Shown here: positions 16,588 through 29,726 of the stretch, one piece after another
Layout of the letters: each line of letters begins with the position of its first letter
Numbering within the stretch: the stretch's first letter is position 1
DNA from: Actinomycetota bacterium
GTDB lineage: Bacteria; Actinomycetota; Thermoleophilia; Gaiellales; F1-60-MAGs149
Reading direction: 5' to 3'
Length of the DNA stretch: 64,000 nucleotides
Assembly (NCBI GenBank): GCA_016870485.1
Contig: VGBM01000008.1
Span: forward strand, 23,999 to 87,998
Made by a program: the position numbers and the translations under genes
The notes under the pieces: generated by a model
What the model saw: the letters and a program-made list of their open reading frames with translations, nothing else
Database searches by the model: none
What the model was told of the DNA's origin: nothing

Positions 16588-17515
16588 GCGCCCGCTCCTG
16601 CTCGTCCGCTACCGGATCGGCGGGGGGCTGTTCGACCGGGTCGCGGAACGCTGCGAGGTCGCCTTCATGGACGGCCCCGTGCTCGACCGCGCCACGGACG
16701 ACCAGCTGGCCCGCGCCTGGGGCGTCTGGACGTTCGGCGAGCGGATCGACGCGGACCTCCTCGCGCGGATGCCCGCGTTGCGCTGCGTCGTCAACTTCGG
16801 CGTCGGCGTCGACGGGGTCGACCGGGCGGCGCTCGCCGCGCGCGGGATCGCCTTCGTCTGGCCGGTCGGCGCGAACGCGGAGGCGGTCGCCGACCACGCG
16901 CTCGCCCTGATTCTCGCCGTCCGCCACCGGATCGTCGAGGGCGACCGGCTCGTGCGCGCGGGCGGCTGGGAGGCGCCCGGCTACCTGCCGCTCGAGAGCG
17001 CCGACCTGCACGCCGCCCGCGTCGGCCTGGTCGGGCTCGGCGCGATCGGCCGCGCCACGGCGCGCCGGCTCGCCGGCTTCGGGGCCGAGCTCGCCTACGC
17101 GACGCCGCGCCGCCAGCCGGCCGACGTCGAGGCGGCGCACGGCATCCGCCACCTGCCGCTCGACGAGCTGCTCGCGTGGGCCGACATCGTCAGTCTGCAC
17201 TGCCCGCTGACCGACGAGACGCGGGGGCTGATCGACGCGCGCCGGATCGGCCTCCTGCGCCCCGGCGCCGTCCTCGTCAACACGGCCCGCGGCGGGGTGG
17301 TCGACCAGGACGCGCTCGTCGCGGCCCTCGCGGAGGGCCGCCTCGGCGGCGCCGGCCTCGACGTCTTCGCCGACGAGCCGCACGTGCCGCCCGCGCTGCG
17401 CGCGCTGCCGCAGGTGGTCCTCACCCCGCACGTCGCCGACGCCACGCCGGGCGCCGAGGCCGCGCTGATCGCGCACTGCGCCGCCGCGGCGCTGGCGCTC
17501 CTCGACGCGGGCTAG
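16580..17515 (+). CDS. D-isomer-specific 2-hydroxyacid dehydrogenase (glyoxylate/hydroxypyruvate reductase-like)
   Basis: NAD motif VGLVGLGAIGRATARRL, LVNTARGGVVDQDAL, and catalytic His context TPHVADAT. Confidence 0.88.
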   Translation: MAERPLLLVRYRIGGGLFDRVAERCEVAFMDGPVLDRATDDQLARAWGVWTFGERIDADLLARMPALRCVVNFGVGVDGVDRAALAARGIAFVWPVGANAEAVADHALALILAVRHRIVEGDRLVRAGGWEAPGYLPLESADLHAARVGLVGLGAIGRATARRLAGFGAELAYATPRRQPADVEAAHGIRHLPLDELLAWADIVSLHCPLTDETRGLIDARRIGLLRPGAVLVNTARGGVVDQDALVAALAEGRLGGAGLDVFADEPHVPPALRALPQVVLTPHVADATPGAEAALIAHCAAAALALLDAG

Positions 17516-18357
17516 CTGCGGCCGCCGCGGCGCGGCCGGAAGACCTGCTCGAGCTCCGCGGCCGTGAAGCCGGGGGCGACCGCGCCGTCCGTGGCGTAGC
17601 GGAAGACGACGACGCGGAAGACGGCGCCGACGATCTGGCTGATCACCAGCGTCACCACCAGCATCCCGATGCCGACGACGACGAGCGGGATGCCGGCCGC
17701 GGCCGTGCCGTTCGACCAGACGATCGCGCCGGGGACGATCAGGGCCAGGGCGAGCAGGACGCCGAGCAGGGACACGATCCCGATCGCCGCGTTGCCGACC
17801 AGGGACTCGCCCCAGCGCTCGCGCACGACGCCCGTGGAGCGCTTGAGGGTCGCGAACGGGCCGAGGCCCTCGAGGGCGAGGATCGGCAGGGCGAAGAAGC
17901 TGGCGATGCCCCAGGCGAGGCCGCCGAGGCCCTGCACGAGGGCGCCGCCGATCCCGCCGAGCTTGTCGGCGAGGATCTGCAGGACCAGGCCGACGGTGGC
18001 GCTGACGAGGCCCCACTGGACGATCACGCCGAGGCGGCTCACGGCCATCCGCAGCCCGCCGCCGAGCGTCGGGTCGCGGCCCTCGAGCGCCTCGTTGGCG
18101 TTGTGGGCGGCGGCGACGCCGAAGAAGGTCGCGCCGATCGAGGCGCCGAGGAGCAGGATCGCGAGCAGGACCCAGCCGAGCAGCGTCGCGTCGCCGAAGG
18201 CGAGGAAGCCGCCGATCCCGATCGGCAGCACCACGAGCAGGGTGTAGGCGATCGCCGCGGCGGCGCTGAGGAGCGGGAACGCGACGAGGCTCGGCTCGGA
18301 GCGCACGATGCGCCAGCTCGCGCCGGCCAGCCGGAAGCCCATGCGGATCCGTCCCAT
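17512..18357 (-). CDS. Polytopic membrane protein of unknown function
   Basis: 281 aa with about 6 hydrophobic helices and strong GC3. No catalytic motif recognised. Confidence 0.7.
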   Translation of the reverse strand: MGRIRMGFRLAGASWRIVRSEPSLVAFPLLSAAAAIAYTLLVVLPIGIGGFLAFGDATLLGWVLLAILLLGASIGATFFGVAAAHNANEALEGRDPTLGGGLRMAVSRLGVIVQWGLVSATVGLVLQILADKLGGIGGALVQGLGGLAWGIASFFALPILALEGLGPFATLKRSTGVVRERWGESLVGNAAIGIVSLLGVLLALALIVPGAIVWSNGTAAAGIPLVVVGIGMLVVTLVISQIVGAVFRVVVFRYATDGAVAPGFTAAELEQVFRPRRGGRS

Positions 18358-18388
18358 CCCGGGGACCGTACCACGGGCCCGCGCGGGC

Positions 18389-19642
18389 TCAGGAGTCCGG
18401 GTCGACGGGCGGCCGTGCGTCGAGGAGGCCGAGCCTTCCGGCCAGCCAGCCGGCCGTGGTGGCCTGCAGAAGCAGGGTCGTCGCGACTGCGAAGGTGACC
18501 AGCGTGGCGACGAGCTCGGCCCCGGGCACGCCCTGCGCGAGCAGGCTGCCGGCGAGCGCGACGGGCACGACGCCCGTCTCGCGGCACCAGGCGATGAAGC
18601 CCGCCTCCGGCAGGGTCCAGCCGGCTCGGCGGTCGAGGCCGAGCCCGACGGCCACCGTCAGGGGCCGCGCGACGAGGATGAAGACGGCCATCACGGCGAG
18701 GCCCGCCCAGAGGTTGTCGTAGAGCAGGCCGAGGTCGAGGTTGAGGCCGAGCACCACGAAGATCGTGAGCACCACGAGGTCGACGGTCTCCGCGGTGTAC
18801 GTCTCGAGCGCCTGCTCCTGACGGTGGTCGTGGTCGATCCGGAAGAGGTCCTTGTTGCCCACTACGAGGCCCGCGATGAAGGCGGCCAGGTACGGCGAGC
18901 CGCCGAACACCTCGCTCTCCACGTATCCGATCGCGACGATCGCGAGCAGGGTCGCGGCGGCCGACTCGCGCAGGACGCCGAAGCGGCTGCTCGACAGGAG
19001 CAGGGCGATCAGGAGCCCGCCGCCGAGGCCGAAGCCGACGCCGATCACGATCGCCTGGAGCAGGTCCAGGACGGGGCCGCCGGCGATCTCGAGGCCGCTG
19101 CCGATCGCGCCGCCGGCGACGACGATGCCCGTCACGGTGACGGTGGCGATCGCCGCTATCGTGTCGTTGAGGGCGCTCTCGGCGATCACGGTCTGGGCGA
19201 CGCGGGGGCGCAGGCCGAGCCGGTCGAAGAGCGGGATCAGGATCGCCGGGTCGGTGGCCGACAGCACGGCCCCAGCCAGGAGGCCGATCTGCCAGGGTAC
19301 GCCGAAGGCGAGCGAGACGGCGACGGCGACGACGCCGGCGGTGATCATCACGCCGGGCCCGGCGAGCAGGAGCAGGCCGACGGCGGAGCGGGAGATGACG
19401 CGCAGCGAGATGCCGAGGCCGCCGTGGAAGAGGATCAGCGCGACGCCGATCGTGAACAGGAGCTCCGCGCCGAGGCTATCGATCGGGACGTCGACGAGGC
19501 CGAGGACGGTCGGGCCGGCGAGCACGCCGAGCACGACCAGCACGACCATCGAGGGCAGCCGCAGGGTTCGGGCGATCGGCAGCGCGAGGAGCGCCACGGC
19601 GAGGACGATGCCGGTGGTGAGAAGCACCTGCGCGGCGTCCAT
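18389..19642 (-). CDS. Cation:proton antiporter (Na+/H+ exchanger, CPA1-like)
   Basis: ATG at 19642 in ORF 18389..19975. MDAAQVLLTTGIVLAVALLAL...LFHGGLGISL...GAVLSATDPAILIPLF...ESALNDTIA. Confidence 0.88.
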   Translation of the reverse strand: MDAAQVLLTTGIVLAVALLALPIARTLRLPSMVVLVVLGVLAGPTVLGLVDVPIDSLGAELLFTIGVALILFHGGLGISLRVISRSAVGLLLLAGPGVMITAGVVAVAVSLAFGVPWQIGLLAGAVLSATDPAILIPLFDRLGLRPRVAQTVIAESALNDTIAAIATVTVTGIVVAGGAIGSGLEIAGGPVLDLLQAIVIGVGFGLGGGLLIALLLSSSRFGVLRESAAATLLAIVAIGYVESEVFGGSPYLAAFIAGLVVGNKDLFRIDHDHRQEQALETYTAETVDLVVLTIFVVLGLNLDLGLLYDNLWAGLAVMAVFILVARPLTVAVGLGLDRRAGWTLPEAGFIAWCRETGVVPVALAGSLLAQGVPGAELVATLVTFAVATTLLLQATTAGWLAGRLGLLDARPPVDPDS

Positions 19643-19793
19643 AGCGATGATTGTACGCCCCCCCCCGGCGGGCGGGGGGCGCGCCGCCGCCCGGATGCCG
19701 TCCGACCCACTCGCTAACGTTGCGTTCCCCGTCGAATGAGCGGGACCTAGGTTACGAGCCGCCACCGATGGGGTGGACGAAGAGGAGAGCAGG

Positions 19794-23333
<3,540 letters not shown>

Positions 23334-23358
23334 GCCGCCGCGAGAGCTGACGGAACCC

Positions 23359-23384
23359 GACGGGGCGCCTACGGGCGCCCCGTC
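23359..23384 (+). terminator. Stem-loop after nrdJ (GACGGGGCGCC-UACG-GGCGCCCCGUC)
   Basis: Perfect 11-bp GC-rich stem with a 4-nt loop, 26 nt after the nrdJ stop. The U-tail is weak (GUCGUU). Confidence 0.6.
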
Positions 23385-23460
23385 GTCGTTCCGGCCCGAC
23401 CATCGCGCCCGTGCGGGCCAGCGCGTAGGCTTCCCCGCAGTCCGACCAGGGGAGAGCAAC

Positions 23461-24459
23461 ATGGCCGACACCTTCAAGGCGCTGATGCTGCGCGAGACCG
23501 ACGACGGCGTGGCCGCCGCGATCGAGGACGTGCCGGTGGCCGACCTGCCCGAGGGCGAGGTGCTCGTCAAGGTGGAGCACTCGACGCTCAACTACAAGGA
23601 CGGGCTCGTCGTCGACGGCAACAAGGGCCGCCTGGCCCGCACCTTCCCGCATATCCCCGGCATCGACCTCGCGGGCACGGTGCTGGAGTCGTCGGACGCG
23701 CGCTACGCCGAGGGCGACTGCGTCGTGATCACGGGCTGGCACATGGGCGAGCGCTACTGGGGCGGCTTCTCGGAGCTCCAGCGGGTGCGCGCCGACTGGC
23801 TCGTGCACGTCCCGGAGGGAATGACCACGCGCCAGGCGATGGCCGTCGGCACCGCCGGGCTGACCTCGATGTTCGCGCTGATGGCGCTCGAGGCGCACGG
23901 CCTCGCGCCCGGCGGCGAGCGCCCCGTGCTCGTGACGGGCGGCGCCGGCGGCGTCGGCTCCGTGGCGATCGCGCTGCTCGCGCGCAACGGCTACGCGGTC
24001 GCGACCTCCACCGGCCGGCCCGAGCTCGGCGACTACCTGCGCTCGCTCGGCGCGTCGGAGATCATCGAGCGCGCCGAGCTGACGGAGGAGTCGTCCGCGC
24101 CGCTCGAGGGCGAGCGCTGGGCGGGCTGCATCGACGCCGTCGCCGGCCCGACCCTCTCGCGCGTCCTGCGCCAGGTCGAGAAGGGCGGCTCCGTGGCCGC
24201 CTGCGGCCTCGCCGGCGGTGCCACCTTCGAGGGCCACATCATGCCGTTCCTCCTGCGCGGCGTGAACCTGCTCGGGATCGACTCCGTGACGGTGCCGTAC
24301 GCGCACCGCGTCGAGGCGTGGCGGCGGGTCGCCGCCGAGCTCGACCTTGCGCTCCTTGACGAGATGACCTCGGGCTGCGCGCTTGAGGACGTGCCGGGGC
24401 AGGCCAAGGCGATCCTCAAAGGCCAGGTCCAGGGCCGCCTCGTCGTGGACATCGGCTGA
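23461..24459 (+). CDS. YhdH/AcuI-type NADPH-dependent quinone/acrylyl-CoA reductase (MDR family)
   Basis: FKALMLRETDDGVAAAIEDVPVADLPEGEVLVKVEHSTLNYKDGL...PGIDLAGTV...VLVTGGAGGVGS. Confidence 0.85.
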   Translation: MADTFKALMLRETDDGVAAAIEDVPVADLPEGEVLVKVEHSTLNYKDGLVVDGNKGRLARTFPHIPGIDLAGTVLESSDARYAEGDCVVITGWHMGERYWGGFSELQRVRADWLVHVPEGMTTRQAMAVGTAGLTSMFALMALEAHGLAPGGERPVLVTGGAGGVGSVAIALLARNGYAVATSTGRPELGDYLRSLGASEIIERAELTEESSAPLEGERWAGCIDAVAGPTLSRVLRQVEKGGSVAACGLAGGATFEGHIMPFLLRGVNLLGIDSVTVPYAHRVEAWRRVAAELDLALLDEMTSGCALEDVPGQAKAILKGQVQGRLVVDIG

Positions 24460-24464
24460 GCCAG

Positions 24465-25616
24465 ATGAGCACCCCGGCGCCCATCGAGATGCCCGCCGAC
24501 ATCGCGCAGGCGGTGCGCCGGCAGAAGGGCGCCCTGCGCACGCTGCGGGCCGAGGGGCTGATCCTCCCGCTGCTGCTGCTCGTGCTCGTGCTCGGCTCGA
24601 CCGGACTGGAGGCCGGCGTCGGCACCGGCATCGCGCTCGTGCTCGCCTTCCTGCCCCTGCCGCTCATCGCGGCGATCATGTTCCGGCTCGACCGCTTCGA
24701 GCCCGAGCCCACCCGCATCCTCGTGCGCACGTTCCTATGGGGCGCGGGTGCCGCCACCTTCGTCGGCATCGTCATCAACACGACGGTCGGGCTGACGGCG
24801 GGGGACTTCGCCGCCACGGTGATCTCGGCGCCCGTCGTCGAGGAGAGCGCGAAGGCGCTCGCGCTTCTGTTCGTGATTCGCAGGCGGCCGGGGTTCCTCG
24901 ACGGCGTCCACGACGGCCTCGTCTACGCCGTCTGGGTCGCGCTCGGCTTCGCGATGGTGGAGAACGTCCTCTACTACGCCGAGGCCTTCATCACCGAGGG
25001 CTGGGGCGGGATCACGCTCCTGTTCGCGCTGCGCGGGGTGATGACGCCGTTCTGTCACCCGATCTTCACCGCGATGACCGGCATCGGGATCGGCGTCGCG
25101 GTAGCGCGGGGCTGGGGCCGCGGCGGGCTCGCGTTCGGGCTCCTGCTCGGCCTCGCCGTGGCGATCATCCTCCACGCCCTCTGGAACCTGTCCGCGATGA
25201 CGGGCGCCACGATCACGGTGTACCTCGTCGGCTACCTGCCGCTGGCCGCGATCGGCATCGCGCTGCTGCTCGGCGGCTCCCGCCGCGAGCGCCGCATCCT
25301 GACCCGCGGCCTCGCCCCCGAGGAGGCGGCGGGCACCCTGCCGGCCGCGGAGGTGGCGCTCCTGACCGCCCGCGGACGCGCGCGGGCTAAGCTGCGGCGC
25401 CGGGCCCGGCGCGCCGGGCGCGAGGCGCGGCGGATGCTGCACCAGTACGAGGCGGCCGCCTACGAGCTGGCGCACGCCAACGCCGTCGGCCGGCGTCCGG
25501 GTGGCCCCGAGCCCGCCGCGGCCGCGGCCGCCTACCGGGCCTGCCTGGTCGAGGCGCGGGCGTGGCTCGTGCGCGACGCGCCCGGCGTCCTGCCCGCCGT
25601 AGCCTCCGCGGGCTAG
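24465..25616 (+). CDS. prsW: PrsW family intramembrane glutamic/metallo-protease
   Basis: FRLDRFEPEP, VVEESAKALALLFV, YAVWVALGFAMVENVLYY, and HPIFTAMTGIGIG motifs. Confidence 0.85.
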   Translation: MSTPAPIEMPADIAQAVRRQKGALRTLRAEGLILPLLLLVLVLGSTGLEAGVGTGIALVLAFLPLPLIAAIMFRLDRFEPEPTRILVRTFLWGAGAATFVGIVINTTVGLTAGDFAATVISAPVVEESAKALALLFVIRRRPGFLDGVHDGLVYAVWVALGFAMVENVLYYAEAFITEGWGGITLLFALRGVMTPFCHPIFTAMTGIGIGVAVARGWGRGGLAFGLLLGLAVAIILHALWNLSAMTGATITVYLVGYLPLAAIGIALLLGGSRRERRILTRGLAPEEAAGTLPAAEVALLTARGRARAKLRRRARRAGREARRMLHQYEAAAYELAHANAVGRRPGGPEPAAAAAAYRACLVEARAWLVRDAPGVLPAVASAG

Positions 25617-25625
25617 GGTGCCGTC

Positions 25626-26876
25626 ATGCGCGTGGTGATCATCGGCGGTGGCGTCGTCGGCCTCGCCTGCGGCTGGTCGCTCGCCCGCCGGGGCGCCGAG
25701 GTGGTGGTGCTCGAGCGCGCCGTGATCGGCGAGGGCGCCTCCAAGGGCAACACGGGCTGGGTGTCGCCGACGATCTCGACGCCGCTCGCCTCGCCCGGCA
25801 CGCTGGCGATGGGGCTCAAGAGCGCCCTCGACCCCAACGGCGCCCTGGTCATCCGCCCCGAGCTCGACACGCGCTGGCTGCGCTGGCTGTGGTCGTTCCG
25901 GGCCGCCGCCTCCCGCGAGCGCTTCCTGCGCGGCGTCGAGGCGCTGCACAGCCTCAACCGCCGCACGTTCGAGGTGCTCGACGCGTACGCCGACGACGGC
26001 GTGCCGTTCGAGATGCACGGCGGCGGCATCCTCGTCCTCGGCAAGACGGCGAAGGGCATCAGCTGGTTCGCACCCGTCTTCGAGGACCTCCGCAAGGTCG
26101 GCTTCGAGGGCGGCATCGAGGAGCTCACGCCCGAGGAGGCGCGCCGCATCGAGCCGGCGCTCAGCGACGACATCGGCCACGTGATCCGCACGACCGTCGA
26201 CCGCTACGTGCAGCCGCAGAGCCTGATGCGCGGCCTCGCCGACCGCCTCGTCGCGCTCGGGCACGACGTCCGCGAGGGCGTGGCCGTCGCGGGGCTTGCG
26301 CCGGCCGGGGACGGGCGCTGGCGCGTCGCCACCGACCAGGGCCCGGTCGAGGCGGACCGCGTGATCGTGGCCTCCGGGGCCCAGAGCCCGGCGCTGCTCG
26401 GCCCGCTCGGCCTCGACGTGCCGATCGTGCCCGCCAAGGGGTATTCGATCACGCTGCGCGGCGAGGGCACGCGGCCCTCGCAGGCGCTCTACATGACGGA
26501 GGCCAAGATCGGAGTCTCCGGCTTCGACGAGGGCGTGCGCATCGCGGGCGTCTTCCAGCTGCCCGGCCGCGACCTGATGGTGGACCGCCGCCGGCTCGAC
26601 CACGTGGTCGAGCAGGCCTGCTCGTACCTGCGCGACTGGCACCCGGCCGCCACCGAGGCCTCGGTCGAGGGCTGGGCCGGCTGGCGGCCCGCCACGCCCG
26701 ACTCGCTGCCCCTGCTCGGGCCCGTCCCGGGCCGCGACGGGCTGTTCCTCGCCACCGGCCACGGGATGCTCGGCGTGACGCTCGCGCCGTCCACCGGCGA
26801 GCTCCTGGCCGAGATGGTGGTCGACGGCGCGCGGCCCGCCTGGGTCGAGCCGATGCGGCCCGACCGGCGCTTCTGA
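25626..26876 (+). CDS. FAD-dependent oxidoreductase (DadA / D-amino-acid dehydrogenase-like)
   Basis: MRVVIIGGGVVGLACGWSLARRGAEVVVLER dinucleotide fold. DAO-family length and C-terminal GHGMLGVTLAPSTG. Confidence 0.8.
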   Translation: MRVVIIGGGVVGLACGWSLARRGAEVVVLERAVIGEGASKGNTGWVSPTISTPLASPGTLAMGLKSALDPNGALVIRPELDTRWLRWLWSFRAAASRERFLRGVEALHSLNRRTFEVLDAYADDGVPFEMHGGGILVLGKTAKGISWFAPVFEDLRKVGFEGGIEELTPEEARRIEPALSDDIGHVIRTTVDRYVQPQSLMRGLADRLVALGHDVREGVAVAGLAPAGDGRWRVATDQGPVEADRVIVASGAQSPALLGPLGLDVPIVPAKGYSITLRGEGTRPSQALYMTEAKIGVSGFDEGVRIAGVFQLPGRDLMVDRRRLDHVVEQACSYLRDWHPAATEASVEGWAGWRPATPDSLPLLGPVPGRDGLFLATGHGMLGVTLAPSTGELLAEMVVDGARPAWVEPMRPDRRF

Positions 26877-26908
26877 CGCTCCGTCGGGGCGCTGGTTAGC
26901 ATGGCGCC

Positions 26909-27541
26909 ATGCATCCGAGACTGCACGTCAGCGAGCACCCGCTCGTCCAGCACAAGATCGCGCTCCTGCGCGACGCCGAGACCTCGACGCGGGACTTCCG
27001 GGCGCTGTCGAGCGAGATCGCGGGCGTGCTCGCCTACGAGGCGACGCGCGACCTGCAGCTCGAGGACGTCGAGGTCACCACGCCGATCAAGGCCACGGTG
27101 GGCCGCAAGGTGACGGGCAAGAAGGTGGGGGTGGTGCCGATCCTGCGCGCCGGCGTCGGCATGCTCGACGGCGTGCTCGCGATGATCCCGGTCGCCCGCG
27201 TCGGCTTCCTCGGGGTCTACCGCGACGAGGAGACGCTGCAGCCGGTCTCGTACTACGAGAAGCTGCCGCGGGAGCTCGGCGAGCGCACGATGCTGATCCT
27301 CGACCCGATGCTGGCCACGGGCGGCTCGGCCTCGTTCGCGGCCACGGTCTGCAAGGAGCGCGGGGCGCGCTCGGTCAAGCTCCTGTCCATCATCGCGGCG
27401 CCCGAGGGCGTCGAGCGGATGGCCGCCGACCACCCCGACGTGGAGGTGCACGTCGCCTCGCTCGACGAGTGCCTCAACGAGCACGGCTACATCGTGCCGG
27501 GGCTCGGCGACGCCGGCGACCGGCTCTGGGGCACGCGGTAG
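26909..27541 (+). CDS. upp: Uracil phosphoribosyltransferase
   Basis: HPLVQHKIALLRD...VPILRAGVGMLDG...LDPMLATGGSA...YIVPGLGDAGDRLWGT. Confidence 0.96.
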   Translation: MHPRLHVSEHPLVQHKIALLRDAETSTRDFRALSSEIAGVLAYEATRDLQLEDVEVTTPIKATVGRKVTGKKVGVVPILRAGVGMLDGVLAMIPVARVGFLGVYRDEETLQPVSYYEKLPRELGERTMLILDPMLATGGSASFAATVCKERGARSVKLLSIIAAPEGVERMAADHPDVEVHVASLDECLNEHGYIVPGLGDAGDRLWGTR

Positions 27542-27549
27542 TCAACAAA

Positions 27550-27596
27550 GGGGTCTGGTCTTCAGAGGGGCCAGACCCCGCTGTAAACCAGACCCC
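27550..27596. terminator. Hairpin between convergent upp and the permease remnant, with duplicated 3' arm
   Basis: GGGGTCTGG (27550-27558) is complementary to CCAGACCCC at 27571-27579 and to a second copy at 27588-27596 (direct repeat CCAGACCCCGCT twice). AT-richer context. Confidence 0.5.
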
Positions 27597-27604
27597 GCTA
27601 TCAA

Positions 27605-28392
27605 CTACCGGCTTGGCCACGCCAGCCGGATCGCCGCGGCGAGCAGGAACGCCGGCAGGGTGGCGCCGAGCGCGCCGTCGAACAGCGGCGCGATGTGGTC
27701 GCTCACGCCCAGGATGCGCGTCGGGCTGAGCCACTCGTAGAGCAGGAAGCCCGCGACCCAGGCGATGATCGTGGCGTGCGGGGCGACGGGGCGGATGCGG
27801 TCGGCGAAGACCGCGCCGAACAGCGGCACGAACACCGCGCCGAGCAGGTACACGATCGCGATGGCCACGAGCGGCGTGACGAAGCGCTTGAGCACGCGGC
27901 GCGTGACGTTCTCCGGTCCCACGATCGAGAGCACGGTGCCGATGACTCCCGCGGCGACGGCGAACGGCCAGCGCGCGTGAACGCCGACGATCAGCCGCGC
28001 GGCCTCCGCGATGACGAGGATCTCGAAGGTCCCCAGCCGAAGCCCTGGATGATGTTCAGCGCGGTGGGGAGGTACGAGCCGCGATCGCCGAGCGCGCGCC
28101 GCAGCACCACCATGCCGGGCTGCCCCGAGGCTGCGCCGAGCGCGCCGGCGGCGGCGAGCATCGGTCCGCCGATCACACCGCCGACGACGGTCGCGATCAG
28201 CGCGCGCGTGGACCCGGCGCCGTAGGCGATCAGCCCGGCGCCGGCCACGATGCCGAGCAGGCTGATGCCCATGTTCGACCAGAGGACGGCGACGTCGAAG
28301 CCGGTCAGGTGCCGCCGTTCGACGGGGATCGGCTCGGTGACCGGACGGGTGTCGGACTCGAGGTGAAGGGGAACGTGCGTGATCTCCGGCAG
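27605..28392 (-). pseudogene. Decayed NCS1 (purine-cytosine/uracil-type) permease
   Basis: Fragments lie in two frames: ...PVTEPIPVERRHLTGFDVAVLWSNMGISLLG...GQPGMVVLRRALGDRGSYLPTALNIIQGFGWG, then a -1 shift near 28030-28032 into TFEILVIAEAARLIV...PLFGAVFADRI.... There is no ATG/GTG/TTG upstream of the conserved IPxxER segment. About 260 codons remain, which is much shorter than I expect for an NCS1 permease. Confidence 0.6.
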
Positions 28393-28443
28393 CGATGGAA
28401 ATGGATGCCGGCACGCTGTCCCGCGCCGTCGAACGCCGTGATC

Positions 28444-29700
28444 TTAGCCGAGCAGCAGGGAATTGATGTGCGCCGCAGCGGCGGCGCCGCTGATCAGCGC
28501 GCCCTCGAACCAGCCCGCCTCCTCGTGCGCCACGTCGGAGCCGGCGAATGCGACACAGGCAAACGGTGCAAAGCGCGCAGGATCCACGAGGTCGGCCTGT
28601 CCGGCGGGGGCGGTCAGCCACGTGCCGAGTGAGCGCTCGTCGCCGACCCAGTCGTGATGCGTGAACTGCACGAGCTCGCCCTCGGGGAAGAAGGCATGCA
28701 GCGCACGCTCGATGTCGCTACGGCTGCCGGGATCGAAGCCGTCAACGGTCCACCCGAAGCCCGTGACGCGTACGACGTCGTCGATCGCGTCATCGGCGTA
28801 CCACCAGTGGAGGCCCTCGCCGGCGCCCACGGCGATGCCGTGCGGCTCGATGTCGCGCACGAGCATGAGGACCTTGAGCGCCGACCCGGCGTTGGCGCCG
28901 GCGGCCTCGGCGACGGGCACGGGCCAGGCGGGCGAGCACGAGATCGCGGGCAGGCAGTTGATGGGGACCGCGATTACGACGGCGCGGGCGCGCCACGTGC
29001 GCCCGTCGGCTGTCGTGCAGACGGCGCCGTCAGTCACGTCGAGCGCGGTGACAGGCGCGTCGAGCTCGACGGTGATGCCATCGGCGGCCATCGCCTCGGC
29101 GAGGGCGCTCCAGCCGGCGCCGGGGCCGTGTGCCAGACAGGTGAGCAATCCGCTGAGACCACCGTGCCCGGCGATCGATCCAATCGCGTCGACGACGGAG
29201 CCGGCCTCCGGCGGCGCGCCGCCCGTCAACTGCCACCAGCCGAGCAGGAAGTCGCGCACGGCGGGCGTCGGTTCCAGATCATCGATGTACTGGAGGGCGG
29301 AGCGATCCGCCCCCGTGAAGGTGCCCACGCCGTAGTCCTCGGCATCGGCGGCAATCCGCGCCAGCGCGTGCTCCAGCGACGGCAGCTCGTCCCATGGGAC
29401 TGGCAGGCCGTGTCGGAGCTCGCCACCCGTGCGCCAGCGCGCGCGCAGCTGCGTGGGGAAGTCCCGCGTGGGCTGCTCGTAGCGCGCGAGCTCGGACTTC
29501 ACCTGTACGTGCTCGGGCGTGAACCACGAGCCGCCGAGCTCGACGAGGCGACCGTCCAGGGTCGAAGTGCGACCGCGGCCGCCGACGCGGTCGCGTGCCT
29601 CGAGCACGACGACGGAGTGGCCCTGATCCGCGAGATCGCGCGCAGCGCGCAGACCCCCGAGGCCGGCGCCGATCACAACCACGTCACAGAAGGCGTCCAT
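28444..29700 (-). CDS. Flavin-containing amine oxidase family protein
   Basis: DVVVIGAGLGGLRAARDLADQGHSVVVLEARDRVGGR... C-terminal FAGSDVAHEEAGWFEGALISG. Confidence 0.88.
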   Translation of the reverse strand: MDAFCDVVVIGAGLGGLRAARDLADQGHSVVVLEARDRVGGRGRTSTLDGRLVELGGSWFTPEHVQVKSELARYEQPTRDFPTQLRARWRTGGELRHGLPVPWDELPSLEHALARIAADAEDYGVGTFTGADRSALQYIDDLEPTPAVRDFLLGWWQLTGGAPPEAGSVVDAIGSIAGHGGLSGLLTCLAHGPGAGWSALAEAMAADGITVELDAPVTALDVTDGAVCTTADGRTWRARAVVIAVPINCLPAISCSPAWPVPVAEAAGANAGSALKVLMLVRDIEPHGIAVGAGEGLHWWYADDAIDDVVRVTGFGWTVDGFDPGSRSDIERALHAFFPEGELVQFTHHDWVGDERSLGTWLTAPAGQADLVDPARFAPFACVAFAGSDVAHEEAGWFEGALISGAAAAAHINSLLLG

Positions 29701-29726
29701 GAAGGGGACTCTAGTCGCCGTGGGCG

